Shown here in pieces: positions 48,371-63,513 of a stretch of DNA of 64,000 bases. Made by a program: the position numbers and the translations under genes. Under the pieces are notes generated by a model. The model ran no database searches. It was given only the letters and a program-made list of their open reading frames with translations, and was not told the origin of the DNA. This DNA is from Lytechinus pictus (taxonomy: Eukaryota), in NCBI RefSeq assembly GCF_037042905.1, contig NC_087252.1:1676001-1740000 (forward strand). Direction: 5' to 3'. Position 1 is the stretch's first letter. Every line of letters begins with the position of its first letter.

Positions 48371-51300
48371 ATGGCACTGTCAATGCTGACCCTCAACACC
48401 GGAGGATGCTCCTCCCAAACTCAAAATGCCTCCTTCCGAGTTTATGTTGAGCAAATTGCATGCAACCCGCTCGTTGTATTTTTACAGGAAACTTACCACC
48501 TTAAAGATAGCAATCCTTGCTGGAGCAACTGGTCGCATAAACCTTTTTGCTCACCCGGTATTACTCGAGGGTCAGGAGTGACAACTTTGGTTAATAATTC
48601 TCAAGTCGATATTTTATCTACTTGTATTGTTTTTGATGGCTATATATTGTATAACAAGCTCTCCCATAATAACTGTATTTATCATGTATACAACACACTC
48701 ATTCCTCAATCTGATGAAATGGCAATTAAAGCTATTAATGCCCTTAATTGTCATATATCCACCTGTTGCGAAGATAATATTGTGATTGTGGGTGATTTTA
48801 ATTGCACTGAAAATCCTGCGATTGATCGTTTGTGCACGCTCACAGAACGCAGACCTAAACTTGTTACGGCTTTGCAAAATGTTCTGAATAAATCTTCTCT
48901 TTGTGATGCATGGCGTTTTCTAAATCCAAATGAAAAGAAATTCACCTGGCAACGGCACAATCCAGCCAGTGCACAGGGCTTTTCAAAGTCTAGATTAGAT
49001 CGATTTTATGTACCATCGTGTCTAGTTTCTTCTATTCATAAGTGTGAAATTATACCTTGTTCCTTATCTGACCACTCTGCAGTTTCTCTAACCTTGAAAT
49101 TTCCAATACGAGCTAAAGGAAAAAGTGCATATTGGATTTTTAATAACACTCTTTTGGAAGACGAAAGTTACATTGATATTATTCGTCTTTTTTGGTCAGA
49201 TTGGCAAAAAGAAAAAAATGACTTCCCGAATCTTGCATCTTGGTGGGATTTCGGCAAGGTTCATATAAAATCAATTACTCAAATGTATAGCAAAAAAATA
49301 GTACAAAGGAAAAGGCAAGCTCTAATAGAAATTAACAAAGAGATTGATAAACTTCAGAGCGCAAAAGAATCTAGCCAACAAGATAAATATACTCTCGACG
49401 AGCATAGAAATGCATTAAACTCGTTACTGAAAAATGAAGCACGCGGAGCTCTTGTGAGGTCTCGCTTTAAATACACAAATGAAACAGACTCATGCTCCAA
49501 TTTTTTCTTCAACTTAGAAAAAAAGAATTCCTTATCAAAAAGTATATCCCGCATTCGGCTCGCTTCGGGACGTATTTCGGAGAACCCTTCTGAGATAAAA
49601 AATCATGTTCGGGAATTTTATGAATCTCTTTACACTCGAAAGCCAACTGACAAGAGCGCCATCAATAGTTTACTTGTAAATATCAAGACGCTTGATCCGT
49701 CCTTATCAAAGGACCTTGAGAATCCAATATCTGTAGAAGAACTTGATAATGCTGTCAAGCAGCTAGGCAAAAATAAGTCTCCTGGTATCGATGGACTTAC
49801 CTCTGAATTTTATCATGTCTTTTGGCCCATGCTCAAAGATGATTTTCTCGAAGTTCTTACCTCCTCTCTTGAATCTGGATTTTTACCATACTCTTTTAGG
49901 AGGGCGGTCATTACTTTACTCCCCAAAAAAGGAGACCTCGCTGATATTTCAAATTGGCGTCCCGTCTCCCTCCTCAACACAGACTATAAAATTTTTGCTA
50001 GGCTGCTTGCCAGTAGGCTAAAATCATGCATTGACCATGTTATTGGAAGAGACCAAAGTTATTGTATCCCCGGTCGTTCTATTTATGACAACATTAATCT
50101 CATTAGAGATATTTTGTTCTATGCAAACACTGATAATATTTCTTTGGCTGTATTGAACTTGGACCAGAAAAAGGCATTTGATAATGTAGATCATGTTTAT
50201 TTATTCAATGTTATGAAACGCATGGGCTTTGGAAGTCATTTTATATCTTATATACAAATTCTGTATGAAGGGGCTGAAAGCCTTATTAAAGTGTGTGGAT
50301 CCCTGACAGCTCCCTTCCCCTTTGAGAAAGGAATACGACAGGGATGCCCTCGATCAGGGTTGCTATATACTCTCGCCATTGAGCCTCTCCTGAACTCACT
50401 AAGAGAGAACGTGTCAAATCATGCATTAAATATCCCTGCTATTAACAAACGTTGTGTAGTATCTGCATATGCAGACGATGTATCGATATTTGTTACAGCC
50501 GATGCTGGCTTTGAATTAGTTGAACAAACTTACAATATGTTTAGTCTGGCCTCTGCTGCATGTTTAAATACAAAAAAATCACAAGGCCTTTGGGTCGGCC
50601 GTTGGAAAGGGCGGAATGATAAACCCCTCAACTTTTCTTGGAATAGTGAAGGTCTCCCTTTTTTAGGAGTTCATTCAGGGAACACCTTTAATTATTCTAA
50701 ACAAAACTGGATTAAATGTAAAGAAAGACTTAATAAGACTTTCATTTCGTGGTCTCGTTTATCGAACTCACTCTCATTTAAAGGCAAGGTATTGATTGCA
50801 AACCAGCTCGCTGCATCAAAAATATTTCATGTTCTTGCAGTTCTTTCTCCTCCTGAAAATGTATTAAACGAACTTCAGAATTTAATTGTGAATTTTATCT
50901 GGTCAAATAAGCGGCACTGGTTAAAGAAAGAAGTGTTGTATGAAAAACCTGACGAAGGAGGGCTGGGGCTAGCTTGTCTCCAAGCTCGTGTTCTAACTTA
51001 CAGATTTTCGATTATTCAACGGTTTCTTTCGTTAAATTCTCATCCAGTAAATGACTTTATGGCTCATTTTCTGAGACAGTATTGTAAATTAGGATTTGAT
51101 TACCATTTGTTCTTTACAAGAATTGATCCTAAGTTTTACACAAGTCTTCCAGTTTACTATAGTGAAGTTCTGCGAGCTTGGTTGACATCTGGAGCTCGAA
51201 TTGTGACACAATCCCTCTCTTTCAGCCATGCAATTAACATGCCCTTAAGTAGTTTTCATATTATTGATGCAATTGATGTGGATAATTTTTTTCCGACGCG

Positions 51301-52229
51301 CCTGATGGCATGCGGAGTGAAACTAGTTCGCCATTTGATAAACCACTCAACCGGTCTTTGGATTGAGAGTAGCTGTCTCCAAAAGAACTTTCCAAGAGGA
51401 CTTCGACAACCATCATCGCGTCTCATCGAACGTGAAACATTACTCATTCGAACTGCACTCTCTAAAGTTTTTCCTACATATTTTAATGACTCAGGCTGTC
51501 AACACGAATACTCTGATTTATTGTCTGTTCCAGTAACTCCGATCAACTTCACTCTGGCTTCTTCCGAAAATGGACTTACTGCTTCTTCTAAAGCCATCTA
51601 CACAATCTACAGGAAAGAACTAGATAACACGACAATCTCATCAAGCTCACATTGGCATGATACTGGATTTCTCGATCCATCTACAAAAGTGAACTGGCTA
51701 TCTATCTATCAACTACCAACACCTAAAAAAAGAGGCTGATATTCAATACAAACTCCTTCACAATATTTTACCGTCGCTCACTGTACTCCATCATCTTAAT
51801 ACAGACATTTCTTCTTTTTGCGGATGGTGCGGAGAAGCAGGAACCATTCAACATCTGTTCATCGAATGTAAAGGAATTCAACCCCCTCTCAATCTTCTTC
51901 ATAGACTGTTGAACAATCTCCTCCCCTCTCTCAAACTTAATTTTGACCTGTACTGGGCACTCATTCCGCATGCCAGAGGGCGTGACAGAAAGATTATCCG
52001 CCTTGCTAATTTCCTTATTATTAGTTTAAAAAGTACAATTTATTTTATGTACCGTACCTCAAATTTCACCGATCCACTTATAATTTGGTTACATCGTCTC
52101 AAAAACAGAATACTCTATGAATTTACTTATTACAAATTATGTTCTAATATTGATGCTTTTTCACGTAAATGGTGTATGAATAGATTACTTTTTACAATTA
52201 ACGAGGGCAGCATTGCATGGCTAATTTAA
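48371..52229 (+). pseudogene. Tx1 ORF2 (APE-RT-CCHC), copy 1, +1 frameshift at A7 51725-51731
   Basis: LQET, GDFN, SRLDRFY, SDH, KSPGIDGL, NWRPVSLLNTDYKI, LDQKKAFD, YADD. QGCPRS replaces QGCPLS. The frame resumes after the extra A and runs to TAA 52229. Confidence 0.9.
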
Positions 52230-52370
52230 ACATTTGATTTTATAACTCTGTGCTTGTAATCAACCTGATCTCATTTGAATGTTTATGTCAAGCTATTCTT
52301 TTATTATATACCTGACTTTTGTGATTATAATTTGTAAATAAAGTTTTCATTTGAAAAGTAAAAAAAAAAG

Positions 52371-53132
<762 letters not shown>

Positions 53133-53341
53133 GTGAGGTAGTTGTGTTTTTTTCGAGCTCCGGTTTTTCTGGTTTTTCACTGATTTATATGACCATTTGG
53201 TCCTTGATTTTTGTACCATTACAATTGTGTTGGGTTATAGATTGATATAGTCTCGATCCTCCTTCGTCAGGTTTACCAATTTTAGTGTTTTTTAAACACA
53301 TTTTCTGTTATTTTTTGTAAGGTTTCTAGACTGGTTCGTAC

Positions 53342-54886
53342 ATGGCCAGTCAAGCAAACCAACGTAGTGTACAGGGTCAGCGTACCACAAGTGCAGCTGG
53401 CCCTTTGTTAAACAATGTAGGACATTTTAAAAATGTCACCCGTCACAATGGTGTAAGCTTTCAAGCTATTGAAAATGTAACGATACAATCTTATATCAAT
53501 GTCTTTACTACAACTATACCCGCTAATGACGTAATATCTGCCTCTCGCATCTCTAATGGTCGCATAGCTGTGTATCTAAAATCAAAAGAAGCTGTTATCA
53601 ATGCTGTACAAAAAGGCCTTGAGTATGAGGGGGCCTTTCTTGAACTAACCCCCCTTGTACGGCCCACTACTCGAGTCATTTTATCTAATGTATACCCAGA
53701 ACTACCGAATTCTGTCTTGACTGAAAATCTAGCACCTTTTTGCAAAGTTGTGTCCGACTGCAAACCAATACCTCTAGGATTTAAAGACAAACGTCTAAAC
53801 CATATTATGAGTTTTAGAAGGCACGTTCAAGTGTTAGTGAAACCTAACACAACACTTCCAGATAACATTAATTTCGTGTTTTCAGGTATGAACTATCGTG
53901 TTTTTATTTCAACTGAGTCAGTCAGATGTTTTAACTGTGGTGAATTTGGTCATATTTCCCGCAATTGTAAGAAACCTCAAACAAGCACAAATACTAATCA
54001 GTCAAAGACAAACGCTGCCCCAGTTTCAAATGACACGAGAGTGCGCCAGTGCGGATCCTCCCCGCCTCTCACTACGGTTTCGGACCCCATGCCACCATCA
54101 CCTCCCCCCTTGGCGGCAACTACAATGCCCCCACCTGTACCCACCTCCTCTGATTTCCCTAGTTTACCACCTCGTGATTGTGGGCCCCTTTCTACCTCAG
54201 CCACCCCCTCGCGCATCAGGAAGCCTCAATCCTCCCCACTGCACATACCTCTGACATCACCTGCTCAGCCGTCCAGCAATTCAACTACCACGCCCATAGT
54301 CGTGTCCTCCAAGTCCCCTCCCCCCAAATCTATTTCTGCGTGCCCTTCGCCTGTGTGGAAAACTCCCCCATCACCTGTCCGAACTTTCTCTGAAGTTGTT
54401 TCAAAACGTAAGCAACTAACACCCGAATCAAACGAAAACAATACTACTCTTACTACACTGAAGGCCCCCTCTCCTCTTCGGAAAGTGGCCAGGAAAGCTC
54501 CCTCCTCCCAAACCGAAACCGTAGACTCTCCAACCTTAACGCAAGTCCTTGACTCCCAAACCCCCAATATCCCTCCTACCCCATCCTCCACAGTTGGAGA
54601 TTCATCTACCGACACTGACTCCATGACTTGGGAAGATGCCCAAACGGATGAAGATGTCCCGAAGGAAGATGCACTCCCATTGACTCAAGGCCCCCTCTCC
54701 CAAGGCCAAATTGTGAAATTTCTGTCAAACGTAAAAGGGCGGAAAAAGCCTGCCCAGATTGCATGGAAATATACATCAAATATTCCAGGGCTAGTTAAAC
54801 AATTAAAGCCCCTGAAAAACAGCCCCCTAGTAAAACGTAACATGCAGCAGAGGATATACAAATTGATCAGCACTCTGGAGAGCTAA
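53342..54886 (+). CDS. Tx1 ORF1, copy 2, 514 aa
   Basis: Three amino-acid differences from copy 1 (QRG/QCG, ARK/AWK, KHN/KRN). Confidence 0.92.
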   Translation: MASQANQRSVQGQRTTSAAGPLLNNVGHFKNVTRHNGVSFQAIENVTIQSYINVFTTTIPANDVISASRISNGRIAVYLKSKEAVINAVQKGLEYEGAFLELTPLVRPTTRVILSNVYPELPNSVLTENLAPFCKVVSDCKPIPLGFKDKRLNHIMSFRRHVQVLVKPNTTLPDNINFVFSGMNYRVFISTESVRCFNCGEFGHISRNCKKPQTSTNTNQSKTNAAPVSNDTRVRQCGSSPPLTTVSDPMPPSPPPLAATTMPPPVPTSSDFPSLPPRDCGPLSTSATPSRIRKPQSSPLHIPLTSPAQPSSNSTTTPIVVSSKSPPPKSISACPSPVWKTPPSPVRTFSEVVSKRKQLTPESNENNTTLTTLKAPSPLRKVARKAPSSQTETVDSPTLTQVLDSQTPNIPPTPSSTVGDSSTDTDSMTWEDAQTDEDVPKEDALPLTQGPLSQGQIVKFLSNVKGRKKPAQIAWKYTSNIPGLVKQLKPLKNSPLVKRNMQQRIYKLISTLES

Positions 54887-54940
54887 TTCCTTTTTACCTT
54901 CTCTCCATTCATTACGTACGCTCAAGTTGCTATAGCCATA

Positions 54941-57900
54941 ATGGCACTGTCAATGCTGACCCTCAACACCGGAGGATGCTCCTCCCAAACTCAAAATGCC
55001 TCCTTCCGAGTTTATGTTGAGCAAATTGCATGCAACCCGCTCGTTGTATTTTTACAGGAAACTTACCACCTTAAAGATAGCAATCCTTGCTGGAGCAACT
55101 GGTCGCATAAACCTTTTTGCTCACCCGGTATTACTCGAGGGTCAGGAGTGACAACTTTGGTTAATAATTCTCAAGTCGATATTTTATCTACTTGTATTGT
55201 TTTTGATGGCTATATATTGTATAACAAGCTCTCCCATAATAACTGTATTTATCATGTATACAACACACTCATTCCTCAATCTGATGAAATGGCAATTAAA
55301 GCTATTAATGCCCTTAATTGTCATATATCCACCTGTTGCGAAGATAATATTGTGATTGTGGGTGATTTTAATTGCACTGAAAATCCTGCGATTGATCGTT
55401 TGTGCACGCTCACAGAACGCAGACCTAAACTTGTTACGGCTTTGCAAAATGTTCTGAATAAATCTTCTCTTTGTGATGCATGGCGTTTTCTAAATCCAAA
55501 TGAAAAGAAATTCACCTGGCAACGGCACAATCCAGCCAGTGCACAGGGCTTTTCAAAGTCTAGATTAGATCGATTTTATGTACCATCGTGTCTAGTTTCT
55601 TCTATTCATAAGTGTGAAATTATACCTTGTTCCTTATCTGACCACTCTGCAGTTTCTCTAACTTTGAAATTTCCAATACGAGCTAAAGGAAAAAGTGCAT
55701 ATTGGATTTTTAATAACACTCTTTTGGAAGACGAAAGTTACATTGATATTATTCGTCTTTTTTGGTCAGATTGGCAAAAAGAAAAAAATGACTTCCCGAA
55801 TCTTGCATCTTGGTGGGATTTCGGCAAGGTTCATATAAAATCAATTACTCAAATGTATAGCAAAAAAATAGTACAAAGGAAAAGGCAAGCTCTAATAGAA
55901 ATTAACAAAGAGATTGATAAACTTCAGAGCGCAAAAGAATCTAGCCAACAAGATAAATATACTCTCGACGAGCATAGAAATGCATTAAACTCGTTACTGA
56001 AAAATGAAGCACGCGGAGCTCTTGTGAGGTCTCGCTTTAAATACACAAATGAAACAGACTCATGCTCCAATTTTTTCTTCAACTTAGAAAAAAAGAATTC
56101 CTTATCAAAAAGTATATCCCGCATTCGGCTCGCTTCGGGACGTATTTCGGAGAACCCTTCTGAGATAAAAAATCATGTTCGGGAATTTTATGAATCTCTT
56201 TACACTCGAAAGCCAACTGACAAGAGCGCCATCAATAGTTTACTTGTAAATATCAAGACGCTTGATCCGTCCTTATCAAAGGACCTTGAGAATCCAATAT
56301 CTGTAGAAGAACTTGATAATGCTGTCAAGCAGCTAGGCAAAAATAAGTCTCCTGGTATCGATGGACTTACCTCTGAATTTTATCATGTCTTTTGGCCCAT
56401 GCTCAAAGATGATTTTCTCGAAGTTCTTACCTCCTCTCTTGAATCTGGATTTTTACCATACTCTTTTAGGAGGGCGGTCATTACTTTACTCCCCAAAAAA
56501 GGAGACCTCGCTGATATTTCAAATTGGCGTCCCGTCTCCCTCCTCAACACAGACTATAAAATTTTTGCTAGGCTGCTTGCCAGTAGGCTAAAATCATGCA
56601 TTGACCATGTTATTGGAAGAGACCAAAGTTATTGTATCCCCGGTCGTTCTATTTATGACAACATTAATCTCATTAGAGATATTTTGTTCTATGCAAACAC
56701 TGATAATATTTCTTTGGCTGTATTGAACTTGGACCAGAAAAAGGCATTTGATAATGTAGATCATGTTTATTTATTCAATGTTATGAAACGCATGGGCTTT
56801 GGAAGTCATTTTATATCTTATATACAAATTCTGTATGAAGGGGCTGAAAGCCTTATTAAAGTGTGTGGATCCCTGACAGCTCCCTTCCCCTTTGAGAAAG
56901 GAATACGACAGGGATGCCCTCTATCAGGGTTGCTATATACTCTCGCCATTGAGCCTCTCCTGAACTCACTAAGAGAGAACGTGTCAAATCATGCATTAAA
57001 TATCCCTGCTATTAACAAACGTTGTGTAGTATCTGCATATGCAGACGATGTATCGATATTTGTTACAGCCGATGCTGGCTTTGAATTAGTTGAACAAACT
57101 TACAATATGTTTAGTCTGGCCTCTGCTGCATGTTTAAATACAAAAAAATCACAAGGCCTTTGGGTCGGCCGTTGGAAAGGGCGGAATGATAAACCCCTCA
57201 ACTTTTCTTGGAATAGTGAAGGTCTCCCCTTTTTAGGAGTTCATTTAGGGAACACCTTTAATTATTCTAAACAAAACTGGATTAAATGTAAAGAAAGACT
57301 TAATAAGACTTTCATTTCGTGGTCTCGTTTATCGAACTCACTCTCATTTAAAGGCAAGGTATTGATTGCAAACCAGCTCGCTGCATCAAAAATATTTCAT
57401 GTTCTTGCAGTTCTTTCTCCTCCTGAAAATGTATTAAACGAACTTCAGAATTTAATTGTGAATTTTATCTGGTCAAATAAGCGGCACTGGTTAAAGAAAG
57501 AAGTGTTGTATGAAAAACCTGACGAAGGAGGGCTGGGGCTAGCTTGTCTCCAAGCTCGTGTTCTAACTTACAGATTTTCGATTATTCAACGGTTTCTTTC
57601 GTTAAATTCTCATCCAGTAAATGACTTTATGGCTCATTTTCTGAGACAGTATTGTAAATTAGGATTTGATTACCATTTGTTCTTTACAAGAATTGATCCT
57701 AAGTTTTACACAAGTCTTCCAGTTTACTATAGTGAAGTTCTGCGAGCTTGGTTGACATCTGGAGCTCGAATTGTGACACAATCCCTCTCTTTCAGCCATG
57801 CAATTAACATGCCCTTAAGTAGTTTTCATATTATTGATGCAATTGATGTTGATAATTTTTTTCCGACGCGCCTGATGGCATGCGGAGTGAAACTAGTTCG

Positions 57901-58681
57901 CCATTTGATAAACCACTCAACCGGTCTTTGGATTGAGAGTAGCTGTCTCCAAAAGAACTTTCCAAGAGGACTTCGACAACCATCATCGCGTCTCATCGAA
58001 CGTGAAACATTACTCATTCGAACTGTCTCTAAAGTTTTTCCTACATATTTTAATGACTCAGGCTGTCAACACGAATACTCTGATTTATTGTCTGTTCCAG
58101 TAACTCCGATCAACTTCACTCTGGCTTCTTCCGAAAATGGACTTACTGCTTCTTCTAAAGCCATCTACACAATCTACAGGAAAGAACTAGATAACACGAC
58201 AATCTCATCAAGCTCACATTGGCATGATACTGGATTTCTCGATCCATCTACAAAAGTGAACTGGCTATCTATCTATCAACTACCAACACCTAAAAAAGAG
58301 GCTGATATTCAATACAAACTCCTTCACAATATTTTACCGTCGCTCACTGTACTCCATCATCTTAATACAGACATTTCTTCTTTTTGCGGATGGTGCGGAG
58401 AAGCAGGAACCATTCAACATCTGTTCATCGAATGTAAAGGAATTCAACCCCCTCTCAATCTTCTTCATAGACTGTTGAACAATCTCCTCCCCTCTCTCAA
58501 ACTTAATTTTGACCTGTACTGGGCACTCATTCCGCATGCCAGAGGGCGTGACAGAAAGATTATCCGCCTTGCTAATTCCCTTATTATTAGTTTAAAAAGT
58601 ACAATTTATTTTATGTACCGTACCTCAAATTTCACCGATCCACTTATAATTTGGTTATCTCAAAAACAGAATACTCTATGA
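54941..58681 (+). CDS. Tx1 ORF2 (APE-RT-CCHC), copy 2, C-terminus truncated by a 5-bp deletion
   Basis: Intact QGCPLS, YADD and CGWCGEAGTIQHLFIEC. catcg is missing after 58657; the ancestral stop would be 58788-90. Confidence 0.92.
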   Translation: MALSMLTLNTGGCSSQTQNASFRVYVEQIACNPLVVFLQETYHLKDSNPCWSNWSHKPFCSPGITRGSGVTTLVNNSQVDILSTCIVFDGYILYNKLSHNNCIYHVYNTLIPQSDEMAIKAINALNCHISTCCEDNIVIVGDFNCTENPAIDRLCTLTERRPKLVTALQNVLNKSSLCDAWRFLNPNEKKFTWQRHNPASAQGFSKSRLDRFYVPSCLVSSIHKCEIIPCSLSDHSAVSLTLKFPIRAKGKSAYWIFNNTLLEDESYIDIIRLFWSDWQKEKNDFPNLASWWDFGKVHIKSITQMYSKKIVQRKRQALIEINKEIDKLQSAKESSQQDKYTLDEHRNALNSLLKNEARGALVRSRFKYTNETDSCSNFFFNLEKKNSLSKSISRIRLASGRISENPSEIKNHVREFYESLYTRKPTDKSAINSLLVNIKTLDPSLSKDLENPISVEELDNAVKQLGKNKSPGIDGLTSEFYHVFWPMLKDDFLEVLTSSLESGFLPYSFRRAVITLLPKKGDLADISNWRPVSLLNTDYKIFARLLASRLKSCIDHVIGRDQSYCIPGRSIYDNINLIRDILFYANTDNISLAVLNLDQKKAFDNVDHVYLFNVMKRMGFGSHFISYIQILYEGAESLIKVCGSLTAPFPFEKGIRQGCPLSGLLYTLAIEPLLNSLRENVSNHALNIPAINKRCVVSAYADDVSIFVTADAGFELVEQTYNMFSLASAACLNTKKSQGLWVGRWKGRNDKPLNFSWNSEGLPFLGVHLGNTFNYSKQNWIKCKERLNKTFISWSRLSNSLSFKGKVLIANQLAASKIFHVLAVLSPPENVLNELQNLIVNFIWSNKRHWLKKEVLYEKPDEGGLGLACLQARVLTYRFSIIQRFLSLNSHPVNDFMAHFLRQYCKLGFDYHLFFTRIDPKFYTSLPVYYSEVLRAWLTSGARIVTQSLSFSHAINMPLSSFHIIDAIDVDNFFPTRLMACGVKLVRHLINHSTGLWIESSCLQKNFPRGLRQPSSRLIERETLLIRTVSKVFPTYFNDSGCQHEYSDLLSVPVTPINFTLASSENGLTASSKAIYTIYRKELDNTTISSSSHWHDTGFLDPSTKVNWLSIYQLPTPKKEADIQYKLLHNILPSLTVLHHLNTDISSFCGWCGEAGTIQHLFIECKGIQPPLNLLHRLLNNLLPSLKLNFDLYWALIPHARGRDRKIIRLANSLIISLKSTIYFMYRTSNFTDPLIIWLSQKQNTL

Positions 58682-58926
58682 ATTTACTTATTACAAATTA
58701 TGTTCTAATATTGATGCTTTTTCACGTAAATGGTGTATGAATAGATTACTTTTTACAATTAACGAGGGCAGCATTGCATGGCTCATTTAAACATTTGATT
58801 TTATAACTCTGTGCTTGTAATCAACCTGATCTCATTTGAATGTTTATGTCAAACTATTCTTTTATTATATACCTGACTTTTGTGATTATAATTTGTAAAT
58901 AAAGTTTTCATTTGAAAAGTCAAAAG

Positions 58927-59640
<714 letters not shown>

Positions 59641-60220
59641 TTGTCTCAGTCTCCCTTTACCTTTTCCAGTTTTCCGATAGAATCCCCCTGCCCCTCGCGG
59701 ATTACGAAACTGCTATCATGGAATCGCCCAACTATTACCTTAAGTTAGGAGATCAAGCCAATTAATCTTTCGCTCCCAATTCAGCTCAGATATATATAGT
59801 ACACGCCATGCAATGTTGTACAGAGCATGTATATTTTCGAAGGGTAAATGTGAATATTTAGCATATTTGGTTTTTCGACAATCAATCCCGCGCCTTCATC
59901 CTACCATGGACCTACTAGCATAGGTCCATGATCCTACCAATCAATGCATTATATTATAAAAGCCTATAATGAACCACTCCAAGAACAAAATGATATGGTG
60001 GCAATAAAGTTGTTTAAAACGTTATATAATAATATAGAGAACGTGACACGGGCCGGTCTACGTGACAAATGTTTGGTGGTTGGTAGTTATTTTTTATACA
60101 GTGATTACATATCAATTCTTAAAATTTTTATAATGTGTACATTATTTGAATTGAAGTTGTACTTTGTAACTTTTTGAGCAGCCAGTGCATTATTATGAAT
60201 CACATAATCATCAGTCTTAT

Positions 60221-60240
60221 CATGGACCTATAGGTCCATG
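60221..60240. mobile_element. 20-bp perfect palindrome insert with 7-bp TSD
   Basis: gtcttat-CATGGACCTATAGGTCCATG-gtcttat; single gtcttat at paralogs ~22519, ~46123 and ~63355. Confidence 0.88.
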
Positions 60241-60355
60241 GTCTTATCTAGGGTTAGAGTGTATATGTAGAGGGATGGTAATCTACACGATCTAACGACT
60301 TCGTCAAGTTTAATATTCTCGCACAAAACTTGATCAAGGAAAATACAATTCCACT

Positions 60356-60401
60356 ATGGGTTTGGCGCTGGTATTAATTCATATACTTTCATGTACATAC
60401 T
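60356..60401 (+). pseudogene. Duplicate of Ig-GTPase exon 1 (signal peptide) with intact donor; no gene body follows within the window
   Basis: MGLALVLIHILSCTY t|gtaagt; intron similarity ends at ~60558. Confidence 0.7.
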
Positions 60402-61509
60402 GTAAGTATTAGAACAACTTATTCTGTAATTAATGAATCAGTTTTTACTTATATTCTGTGTTTTTCGTTCATATTTAATTCACCCGGTATTGATCCTTGC
60501 ACTGTCATAGAGTAAATGGGACCGATCATTAAAGTTGTTTTGTTGTGTTGGCGATATATATACATAATGAGATGGGGCGAGGCCAACTCAACAGATGACG
60601 CAGGACACCATTATTTATATATATATATAAATTTTAACTATTATTATTATTAGCAAATGGTGGGAAAATTAGTTAAAAGTCGCTAGCGAGCGAAGCGAGC
60701 TAGAAAAAAAAATCGCCTTTTGAAATTAAATACTTGTTATAAAGATTTTCTATATTAAGCATATAACATATGGTATTTTATTGTTTTTCCATTCAATTCA
60801 TTTCGTTGGCTTCTTCATTTTCTTTTATTTCCCCTCGGCTGTGGAACCAAACCCTTCCCGCACTGTACGCCAGTGCTTCAACTTAAAGCTTAATGCAGAA
60901 AGGGTCCATATAGGGGGGGGGGGGCATTATAGAGTCCTGTGATGATTAAAGACGAAAAGTCCCAACTGCCTGGAGTCTTGGGCAGCTGAGAGTCCCCCGT
61001 AGCTTTGGAGATTTAGCAAAAGTAAAGATTAAAAGGCTTTTTACGGTAACTCTTGCCAGCTAGCGTAAAACCTATAGGTAGGGACATAATATTACGTATA
61101 TAAGGGGATGACATGTCTAGCCCTAATTCGCTAAGGACTTGTTTTAAAACCTGATTATAACAGTTAATTAATTGAAAGCTTACACTGTTATGAAAGACTT
61201 CATGCACGATGTTACATGCCATCCATCTTTCGTCCCGTTCATTATTTGTTTTCCCTATTTTCTATTTTTCGATCTTGCTTTTGGCTCATCCATTCTACCT
61301 TCATTTCCGCTTTTATTTGCCCCTTCTCTTTCCCCGTCCCACAATCATAATGATTTATTTCCCTTTCTTACTAATCACACAATATTTCCTTTTTCACACG
61401 CCTTTCTTTTCTTGCTTTTCCCGCTGTTCTTACGTTTTCCCTTTTATGTTTTTTTTTCTTTCTCTTTTTTACCATTTCCCTTCCCTTTCCCCTTTTCCTC
61501 TTTTTCTTC

Positions 61510-62785
<1,276 letters not shown>

Positions 62786-63469
62786 CTCAGTCTCCCTTTA
62801 CCTTTTCCAGTTTTCCGATAGAATCCCCCTGCCCCTCGCGGATTACGAAACTGCTATCATGGAATCGCCCAACTATTACCTTAAGTTAGGAGATCAAGCC
62901 AATTAATCTTTCGCTCCCAATTCAGCTCAGATATATATAGTACACGCCATGCAATGTTGTACAGAGCATGTATATTTTCGAAGGGTAAATGTGAATATTT
63001 AGCATATTTGGTTTTTCGACAATCAATCCCGCGCCTTCATCCTACCATGGACCTACTAGCATAGGTCCATGATCCTACCAATCAATGCATTATATTATAA
63101 AAGCCTATAATGAACCACTCCAAGAACAAAATGATATGGTGGCAATAAAGTTGTTTAAAACGTTATATAATAATATAGAGAACGTGACACGGGCCGGTCT
63201 ACGTGACAAATGTTTGGTGGTTGGTAGTTATTTTTTATACAGTGATTACCTATCAATTCTTAAAATTTTTATAATGTGTACATTATTTGAATTGAAGTTG
63301 TACTTTGTAACTTTTTGAGCAGCCAGTGCATTATTATGAATCACATAATCATCAGTCTTATCTAGGGTTAGAGTGTATGTGTAGAGGGATGGTAATCTAC
63401 ACGATCTAACGACTTCGTCAAGTTTAATATTCTCGCACAAAACTTGATCAAGGAAAATACAATTCCACT

Positions 63470-63513
63470 ATGGGTTTGGCGCTGGTATTAATTCATATAC
63501 TTTCATGTACATA
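63470..63513 (+). pseudogene. Third copy of Ig-GTPase exon 1, interrupted at its 3' end
   Basis: atgggtttggcgctgg...tgtacata is followed by unrelated ccagtcactccg instead of ctgtaagt. Confidence 0.72.

Larger units (their letters stand above)
46563..52370 (+). mobile_element. Full-length Tx1-clade non-LTR retrotransposon, copy 1, in (TTTC)n
   Basis: 209-nt 5' UTR starting gtgaggtag directly after (tttc)n, ORF1, 54-nt spacer, ORF2, 3' UTR with AATAAA (52337-42), A-rich end, then (tttc)n. Confidence 0.93.
53133..58927 (+). mobile_element. Full-length Tx1-clade non-LTR retrotransposon, copy 2, in (TTTC)n
   Basis: Same 5' end and near-identical body as copy 1; ends gaaaagtcaaaagt then (tttc)n. 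Confidence 0.93.
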
